Positions 58,561 through 64,000 of a stretch of 64,000 nucleotides of DNA are shown here, one piece after another. The notes beneath the pieces are model-generated. The model was not told the DNA's origin. It did not search any database and saw only the letters and a program-made list of their open reading frames with translations. The position numbers and the translations under genes were made by a program. The stretch is from a virus, in IMG/VR virus record IMGVR_UViG_3300030104_004642, positions 51,003 to 115,002 of that record; one strand, 5' to 3'. The stretch's first letter is position 1; each line of letters starts with the position of its first letter.

Positions 58561-58602
58561 ATGTGTTACACATATTATAGTCTATGCGTAACACATAGTC
58601 AA
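58561..58602 (-). promoter_or_regulatory. Sigma70 promoter overlapped by two palindromic operators
   Basis: TTGACT-N17-TATAAT (58602-58574). One palindrome lies in the spacer (58584-58596) and one directly after the -10 (58561-58573). Confidence 0.8.
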
Positions 58603-58616
58603 CAGGGTGATAAGAA

Positions 58617-58874
58617 TTAGGGCGTAACCTCTCTCAGTAGGATATTGTATTCCTCTGAATTATCATTGAAATAGGATGTTATTTCATCCTGCATATCTGT
58701 CTCATCATACTGATCATAACTCTGAAAGAGTTGATCATATACAATCTCACATAGGGTATCAAGATCCATGGAATCAACAACCCTCTCACAGAAGACTTGT
58801 TTGAGTTTGTTTAGTTGTTCTGAGGTCATCTTATTAGAAAAATGAAGTGAACCTGGCGTAATCATTGTGTCCAT
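58617..58874 (-). CDS. Hypothetical early protein
   Basis: 85 aa, acidic, ERVVDSMDLDTL. Confidence 0.7.
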   Translation of the reverse strand: MDTMITPGSLHFSNKMTSEQLNKLKQVFCERVVDSMDLDTLCEIVYDQLFQSYDQYDETDMQDEITSYFNDNSEEYNILLREVTP

Positions 58875-59128
58875 TGGTTTGTTTTTACAAGATACTTTTT
58901 AATCTCAGTATAAAGGAATTTTTGTAGTTTGGGGTCAGTTGTTTTATCAAGGGCATCATATAACCTTGCTATGTAATCCTTCTCCCTCACCACATTGATG
59001 TTATCCTTGGTTGAGAATCCTAGGTCTTTCAGATTACTTCCTGCCTTTACTTTTGTCTTTCCAAAGTTACCAGTAATGTTGCCTGTGGTTCTGAACTTTG
59101 GTTTGATTTTGGAGAGGTTTGATGTCAT
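58862..59128 (-). CDS. Hypothetical early protein (basic)
   Basis: 88 aa, SKIKPKFRTTGNITGNFG. Confidence 0.7.
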   Translation of the reverse strand: MTSNLSKIKPKFRTTGNITGNFGKTKVKAGSNLKDLGFSTKDNINVVREKDYIARLYDALDKTTDPKLQKFLYTEIKKYLVKTNQWTQ

Positions 59129-59274
59129 TTAGTGATGATGTTTGAGGGTGGGTTTGTGAGTCTTTCCAGTGCTTCATTCCTCTCCTGAATCTTCTGGGTC
59201 ATATCAGAATTCAGCATACTAATCATTAGATTAGCACCTAGGATTGTGAAGATAACAAGTAGACAGATCCTCAT
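59125..59274 (-). CDS. Small membrane-anchored hypothetical protein (49 aa, not in track)
   Basis: MRICLLVIFTILGANLMISMLNSDMTQKIQERNEAL...; ATGA overlaps on both sides. Confidence 0.65.
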   Translation of the reverse strand: MRICLLVIFTILGANLMISMLNSDMTQKIQERNEALERLTNPPSNIITK

Positions 59275-59405
59275 AATTTAATCCTGATTTGTGTTTCTGG
59301 TTTGATGAAATCTGATGCCTCTTGTAACTTATCAGAGGTGAATTGTCTTGCATCATTACTATTCCACAACAGGGCAGCAATGATAACTAGGAGGATGATT
59401 TTCAT
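59271..59405 (-). CDS. Small membrane-anchored hypothetical protein (44 aa, not in track)
   Basis: MKIILLVIIAALLWNSNDARQFTSDKLQEAS...; ATGA overlaps on both sides. Confidence 0.65.
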   Translation of the reverse strand: MKIILLVIIAALLWNSNDARQFTSDKLQEASDFIKPETQIRIKL

Positions 59406-59761
59406 GAGAAGACATATCCATTGGTGAATTCTTTGGTGGTGAATACACTCTTACCATTGATTGCACCAGTGAAAAGTCTCACATACCACTGATAGTTCTT
59501 CTGGAATACTCCCTCACCAGTGATGCAAAATTCAGAACAGAGTGCATTTAGTCTGGATTTTGTGGTGTTTGATTGATACCCACCATCAAAGATCATCACA
59601 GAATCATCCTGAATTTCAGCAATCAAGTTATCATGCAGAAAAACAGAAGTAACAACAACCTCTTTACCATCATTATAGAAATTGATGACTTTAGTGTTGC
59701 CTGATTTCCAGTCAGTTTCTGATTTGATGGCATCAATCATCTGGGTTTCAATCTTTCTCAT
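59402..59761 (-). CDS. Conserved phage hypothetical protein
   Basis: 119 aa, MRKIETQM...DGGYQSNTTKSRLNAL...VFQKNYQWY. Confidence 0.8.
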   Translation of the reverse strand: MRKIETQMIDAIKSETDWKSGNTKVINFYNDGKEVVVTSVFLHDNLIAEIQDDSVMIFDGGYQSNTTKSRLNALCSEFCITGEGVFQKNYQWYVRLFTGAINGKSVFTTKEFTNGYVFS

Positions 59762-59819
59762 GGTTGGTTTGTTGCTTATACTATGGGGACAGTTTGGGGG
59801 TAACTAATAATCTACTTAA

Positions 59820-59942
59820 TTACTTTGTGTAATGAAGTGATGCCTTTGCTGGTCTTTTTGCCTTCAATCTGATAACCTTTGGTTGCAATCCTTCTGCCTT
59901 AAGTGAATCAATTGTGTCAAGCAGTTTGGAATAGGAATTCAT
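59820..59942 (-). CDS. Small basic hypothetical protein (40 aa, not in track)
   Basis: MNSYSKLLDTIDSLKAEGLQPKVIRLKAKRPAKASLHYTK; the only ORF between two 35-bp elements. Confidence 0.55.
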   Translation of the reverse strand: MNSYSKLLDTIDSLKAEGLQPKVIRLKAKRPAKASLHYTK

Positions 59943-60064
59943 TTTGAGGAGGGAATGTTTTGTGGTTCAGTGAAGCAAACCCCCAGAAACAATACTAGGA
60001 GAGAAGTGGGGGGGAGAAGACTGAACCCTTATACTATAAGGACACTTTGGGGGTAACTAACAAT

Positions 60065-60277
60065 CTATGGAAGAAGTTTTGTGGATGATATTATTAACAG
60101 GAATGTGAGCATGATAACAACATCCCATGATTTTGTCCTGATGAAGAATGGCACAGAGATAAAATCACCAATAAATTGCATGATCACACCCATTGATAGA
60201 TTAACATGAAGGATGATAAAATATGCTGTGACCACAAGGAATGACCCTATGATTCTTCCAATAGTATCAACCCTCAT
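60065..60277 (-). CDS. Small integral membrane protein
   Basis: 70 aa, almost wholly hydrophobic, VPFFIRTKSWDVVIM. Confidence 0.75.
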   Translation of the reverse strand: MRVDTIGRIIGSFLVVTAYFIILHVNLSMGVIMQFIGDFISVPFFIRTKSWDVVIMLTFLLIISSTKLLP

Positions 60278-60516
60278 CCAAACATCTGCTCAAATAGGTT
60301 ATCACAATTATCTGCCTGTTCCCTGCGATCACACTCATAATCAATGGCATCCCTCATTGATACCAACTCAATCTGTTTTTGTTTGAGTTTATCCATCTCC
60401 ACATTCAGATCATGGAGTCTGTTGTTAATATCAATCCTGTCCAATCCATTGACAGCAGTTACAGTGTGAACCATGCCATTGATTGTTACTTTTTTGTCTG
60501 AGATGATGTTTGTCAT
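60274..60516 (-). CDS. Hypothetical early protein
   Basis: 80 aa, coiled-coil-like, coupled to the next gene. Confidence 0.7.
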   Translation of the reverse strand: MTNIISDKKVTINGMVHTVTAVNGLDRIDINNRLHDLNVEMDKLKQKQIELVSMRDAIDYECDRREQADNCDNLFEQMFG

Positions 60517-60545
60517 AATGTTTTGTTTTTTTGTGATTTTGTGGT

Positions 60546-60710
60546 TTAGAGTGATGCTATGATCCAGCGTCTTGCCTCATAAGCAAGGAATTCATTCCTG
60601 AAAGTTGCTATCTTTTGCATATCTTCCTTCCAATACAATGCCCACTTATGTGAACCCCACACCCCCTTGATTAGGATGGGGTTGTCAATACCAAGGGGAT
60701 AGGGTTTCAT
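60546..60710 (-). CDS. Small hypothetical protein (54 aa, not in track)
   Basis: MKPYPLGIDNPILIKGVWGSHKWALYWKEDMQKIATF...; AC-rich leader after a 35-bp element. Confidence 0.65.
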   Translation of the reverse strand: MKPYPLGIDNPILIKGVWGSHKWALYWKEDMQKIATFRNEFLAYEARRWIIASL

Positions 60711-60761
60711 GGTTTGGTGTGTGTTATACTATGGGGACAGTTTGGGGGTAACTAACAATAA

Positions 60762-61037
60762 TCACAACTCACTTAGCATCTCATTCAGTTCAATGATGTT
60801 GAGAGAATCATCATCCCACTTAACACCATCAGGGGTAGCAGGAGTTAACTCAATCAACATATGAGAGAGTGACTTATATCCATGCTCTGCCCATTCCCTT
60901 GCTATGTTATACAAACCCTCATCATTACCTAACCAGAGTGCTACATTCCAGGTTTCATAGTTTGTCCAACCATTGTAGGATTGGTCTGTAAGTTGTGTCT
61001 GATAGGTTGTTTGAGTCATGCTTTGAGTGGTATCCAT
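60762..61037 (-). CDS. Conserved phage hypothetical protein
   Basis: YNGWTNYETWNVALWLGNDEGLY...TPDGVKW motif. Confidence 0.8.
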   Translation of the reverse strand: MDTTQSMTQTTYQTQLTDQSYNGWTNYETWNVALWLGNDEGLYNIAREWAEHGYKSLSHMLIELTPATPDGVKWDDDSLNIIELNEMLSEL

Positions 61038-61069
61038 ACCATAGGGACAGTTTAGGGGTAACTAACAAT

Positions 61070-61339
61070 CTACTCAAAAGGTTTCACCAATCCAGCAGCA
61101 TAAAACTCACCAATTAACCCCTCATAATCATCAGCAAGGGACCTATATGACATATCATTCTCATACACCTCAAACCCACAATCATCATCAAAGTGTTCAA
61201 TCAGTGCCATCAATTCATCATGATTGTAACCCTCATCATCCTCCTCTGGATTCATAAAATAACCTGCCTTAATATGCTCCACAATGTGAGGATAAAGGAT
61301 GCTCAGAAAATCATCCTTAGTCATTTTAGTTTGTGTCAT
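61070..61339 (-). CDS. Hypothetical acidic early protein
   Basis: 89-aa ORF whose stop overlaps a 35-bp element. Confidence 0.7.
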   Translation of the reverse strand: MTQTKMTKDDFLSILYPHIVEHIKAGYFMNPEEDDEGYNHDELMALIEHFDDDCGFEVYENDMSYRSLADDYEGLIGEFYAAGLVKPFE

Positions 61340-61374
61340 TTTGTTGGAAATGTGTGTGTGATGGTGTGTTAGAC

Positions 61375-61656
61375 TCAGACTAATTCTACCTGATATTGTA
61401 TCCTTGCCTCCTCATACATCTCATCCACTGTCTCCTGAATCACCTGATAAATGTAATCAGAATTACCAACTAAATTATAGGTTTGTTCAATAATATTAGG
61501 ATTGTCCTCACTTAAATCCCAATCAACATCACCATTTTCACCCCTGGGATGAATATCTTCCTTGGTATAAATCCATGCTCCACAGTAAGCATCTCCACCC
61601 TGTTGTTCAACCAGTTTGTTGACCCTTTCTTGCAGTTGTTTGAGTGTGTAATTCAT
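61375..61656 (-). CDS. Hypothetical early protein
   Basis: 93 aa, YTLKQLQERVNKLVEQQG...AWIYTKED. Confidence 0.7.
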   Translation of the reverse strand: MNYTLKQLQERVNKLVEQQGGDAYCGAWIYTKEDIHPRGENGDVDWDLSEDNPNIIEQTYNLVGNSDYIYQVIQETVDEMYEEARIQYQVELV

Positions 61657-61690
61657 TTTAGTGTGTGTGAGTTAGTGTTAGTTAGTGGGG

Positions 61691-61861
61691 TTAATTCCAA
61701 CCTGTGGATTCATCTGGTTCATCAAAATCATCCTCATCAGGTAATACAAAAGAGTATGTAACTTGCTCTTCTGTTAGTTCATCCCTGAACCATATGAGGG
61801 GACATTGATTTAACCAATCATTAAAATCAATGTGGGATGATGTAGTGTTTGGAATACACAT
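61691..61861 (-). CDS. Hypothetical early protein
   Basis: Probable start MCIPNTT; FNDWLNQCP motif. Confidence 0.6.
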   Translation of the reverse strand: MCIPNTTSSHIDFNDWLNQCPLIWFRDELTEEQVTYSFVLPDEDDFDEPDESTGWN

Positions 61862-61865
61862 GATG

Positions 61866-62078
61866 TTAGTTAGTGGGGAAGTTGGCACAGACAGCATCAC
61901 ATAGTGTGCCAAATAAATCATCCTGAGCCTCATCAATATTACTCATCTCACCCATCTCAGTACACTCATTCCTGATACTTTGGAAATACTCATCAACAAT
62001 GCAGTTAATGTCCTCCATTAGTTGTTCCCTTTGGGTCAACATTTCCAGTTTGTTGAGATCCATTGTTGTGGTGTTCAT
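61866..62078 (-). CDS. Hypothetical early protein
   Basis: 70 aa, REQLMEDI...LCDAVCANFP. Confidence 0.7.
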   Translation of the reverse strand: MNTTTMDLNKLEMLTQREQLMEDINCIVDEYFQSIRNECTEMGEMSNIDEAQDDLFGTLCDAVCANFPTN

Positions 62079-62299
62079 CAGTTGGAATAGATTGGTGAGA
62101 CAGTGAACCTTTTGTGTGGAATGTTTCTGAGTTGGATGATAGTCTCATCCACAACCCTTTCCATTTGATTGTGTAGACCATTGAATGTGGTGCAGGGTCT
62201 CTTCTTTACCTGATAGACTTTGGTGGGTTGATCAACATAATCAACCTCAATTTTGTAGAATCCTGAATGTTTTTGTGGCATGGTTGAAGTGTTTCTCAT
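62078..62299 (-). CDS. Hypothetical early protein
   Basis: 73 aa; the first ATG is formed by the 3' end of a 35-bp element. Confidence 0.65.
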   Translation of the reverse strand: MRNTSTMPQKHSGFYKIEVDYVDQPTKVYQVKKRPCTTFNGLHNQMERVVDETIIQLRNIPHKRFTVSPIYSN

Positions 62300-62334
62300 A
62301 CTATGGGTACAGTTTAGGGGTAACTAACAATCTA

Positions 62335-62505
62335 TCAATAGATGTTAGTCCATCTTTTGTGTTGTTTTGCAGTGATTTTTCCGTCTTTAAGTAGACCATC
62401 ACACACTAAAAGGAAGGTTTGAAACTTAAACTCCCTGTCTGAATCATAGGGTGTTGATTTACACTCCCTAATGATTTTTTTGAGTTGATTGAGTGTAATA
62501 GTCAT
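62335..62505 (-). CDS. Small hypothetical protein (56 aa, not in track)
   Basis: MTITLNQLKKIIREC...CDGLLKDGKITAKQHKRWTNIY. Confidence 0.65.
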   Translation of the reverse strand: MTITLNQLKKIIRECKSTPYDSDREFKFQTFLLVCDGLLKDGKITAKQHKRWTNIY

Positions 62506-62507
62506 GA

Positions 62508-62687
62508 TCACATTCCATTCATAAAGTCATGAATTGCAGCATGATATTCTTCCTCTGTATTGTATGTTCTACCATACATTGTCAGAGGAAACTCTTTCTT
62601 TTGAAACATTGTTGATGCTACCTGAACATCAGTTTTGTCATAACCCATCTCAACTAGGGTTTGAATGTAAGGATTGTTGTTTGTCAT
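62508..62687 (-). CDS. Small hypothetical protein (59 aa, not in track)
   Basis: MTNNNPYIQTLVEMGYD...YGRTYNTEEEYHAAI; ATG formed by the 3' end of a 35-bp element. Confidence 0.65.
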   Translation of the reverse strand: MTNNNPYIQTLVEMGYDKTDVQVASTMFQKKEFPLTMYGRTYNTEEEYHAAIHDFMNGM

Positions 62688-62738
62688 ACCATAGGGACAC
62701 TTTACAGGTAACTAACAATCTATTTCAAAAGTTTGCCA

Positions 62739-63452
62739 CTAACATACACCACCCCAGATTTCTTGCAGTGCATAAACATCAGCAGGCATCAGGGGGTTTT
62801 TGATACCCCAGTCCAAAAAGTTGTAGGACATTGCAGTATCCCTATTGGTATAATCTGGATTTGCACCATCACCAAAGGGATGAGATAATCCTAATGTGTG
62901 AAGAATCTCATGGGTGATTAACCTCCTATTGTAATATGAAACCCTCTCCTTTCCCCTCCTGTTTGTGTTAGTCTCATTCCAACTTGTCAACCAGGTTGCA
63001 TATATTTTATCACCTTCATTATATGCTAAACCATTTGCCTGAGAAAACTGTTCACCAAACTTGTCATAGTTATCAACATCATCCACAATAACATCAGCAA
63101 GGTTTATATCATGCTGCATCTGCATCTTTGTATTAGTTACCCTGTCAATCTTTCTTATCATCCTCCTGGTATATCTTCTCTGCTTTTTTGGAATACTTAA
63201 ATCCACATAAAAATCAACCTTGTTATCATCCAGGAACCCCCAGTTTTCCTTCATCCATGGACCCCAAGTTTCAGAGATAAGTCCATTTACCAGTGGATCT
63301 GTCACAGTTGTGTTACAATCTTTATCCCAAGGTTTGGGAGGTTCTACCACTTCAGGTTCAAGAACATGTTCAGTTATTGTACCAAGATTCAAGGGATTTG
63401 TGTCTGTTTCAGTTGATTGGTGGAATCCACCATTAAGACAGGCAACACACAT
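62739..63452 (-). CDS. Metzincin (M10 matrixin/serralysin-like) zinc metalloprotease
   Basis: HEILHTLGLSHP (HExxHxxGxxH), Met-turn TAMSY and C-terminal PADVYALQEIWG; start placed at MCVACL. Confidence 0.85.
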   Translation of the reverse strand: MCVACLNGGFHQSTETDTNPLNLGTITEHVLEPEVVEPPKPWDKDCNTTVTDPLVNGLISETWGPWMKENWGFLDDNKVDFYVDLSIPKKQRRYTRRMIRKIDRVTNTKMQMQHDINLADVIVDDVDNYDKFGEQFSQANGLAYNEGDKIYATWLTSWNETNTNRRGKERVSYYNRRLITHEILHTLGLSHPFGDGANPDYTNRDTAMSYNFLDWGIKNPLMPADVYALQEIWGGVC

Positions 63453-63500
63453 AATTGATTGATTGTGATAATAAAAGGACAGTTTAGAGGTAACTAACAA

Positions 63501-63740
63501 TCATACCAAACTTAATTGCTCTCTGAGAACAGTATCAACACGATCTAACTCCTTCCAAATATATTCTTCCTCTGCTAAACAGGACAGAAAATCTACCTCA
63601 ATCCAGGTATCTTCATCATCATCATAACTATCATCCGTGAACATTGGAGTCATAAAGAGATCATCACCTATAATAGTGAAGGCAGCACCTAACACCTCAG
63701 ATTCAAGAATTGGATTGTTTGAGACTTTTGAAATGATCAT
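63501..63740 (-). CDS. Hypothetical acidic early protein
   Basis: 79-aa ORF whose stop overlaps a 35-bp element. Confidence 0.7.
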   Translation of the reverse strand: MIISKVSNNPILESEVLGAAFTIIGDDLFMTPMFTDDSYDDDEDTWIEVDFLSCLAEEEYIWKELDRVDTVLREQLSLV

Positions 63741-63766
63741 GATTTGTGTGTGTTGATGTAATTAAA

Positions 63767-64000
63767 TTAGAGTTTTCCACCTACAAAACTATCACCAATC
63801 ACCCTTGTATATTGCTCCAATGTGCCATCCTGCTCACATTTTAGATGCCATCTGGTCATCTTAACTGCCTCATCCTTTTCAAGGGCTGTCAACATTTTCC
63901 TGCCCTCCTTTGTCATTGTTGAGTGTAATCCATATCTAGTTTCCCAGACATAAAATGTATCATCTATAAGGATTGACCCCTCTGGGATCTCAACAATTTG
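63767..64000 (-). CDS. Hypothetical protein, 3' part (enters from the window edge)
   Basis: Open frame ...IDDTFYVWETRYGL...TRWHLKCEQDG...FVGGKL*. Confidence 0.7.
   Translation of the reverse strand, partial: QIVEIPEGSILIDDTFYVWETRYGLHSTMTKEGRKMLTALEKDEAVKMTRWHLKCEQDGTLEQYTRVIGDSFVGGKL

Larger units (their letters stand above)
59778..63502 (-). repeat. Seven dispersed copies of a 35-bp intergenic element (putative phage early promoter / cassette boundary)
   Basis: Consensus GATTGTTAGTTACCCCYAAASTGTCCYYATRGTAT at 59778-59812, 60031-60065, 60726-60760, 61036-61070, 62298-62332, 62686-62720 and 63468-63502; same orientation, no indels. Confidence 0.93.

Noticed and set aside
57675-58596. Palindromes as host CRP or NtcA boxes
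   Set aside because: Spacing TGTG-N3-CACA does not fit CRP (TGTGA-N6-TCACA) or NtcA (GTA-N8-TAC).
63453-63500. N-terminal extension of the protease ORF
   Set aside because: It starts at a TTG inside the 35-bp element; MCVAC at 63452 is the more plausible start.
59778-63502. 35-bp repeats as a CRISPR array
   Set aside because: Intervals are ~220-1230 bp, irregular and contain intact ORFs; no cas genes are in the window.
59778-63502. 35-bp repeats as integron attC sites
   Set aside because: No dyad symmetry, GTTAGTT does not match GTTRRRY, and no integrase is in the window.

Overview
This 64-kb window comes from a T4-like cyanomyovirus (Kyanoviridae-type). Essentially all genes lie on the minus strand. 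In transcription order (right to left) there are four parts. (1) A cassette-like region of small early ORFs (~58.6-64 kb) punctuated by seven copies of a 35-bp element. (2) A largely non-coding regulatory hub (~57.4-58.6 kb) with 15 copies of a 13-bp palindrome around a small putative DNA-binding gene. (3) The virion morphogenesis block: gp25, gp6, gp7, gp8, a VrlC-like protein, gp13-16, an island of fibre/structural genes, gp17, an island with purM, then gp18-23 and gp3. (4) uvsY, uvsW, gp55 and the start of gp47. T4-type late promoters (TATAAATA-like) precede many structural genes. CG dinucleotides are strikingly rare. No tRNA, rRNA, CRISPR array, intron or intein was recognised. All assignments are by eye from motifs and synteny; no database searches were run.
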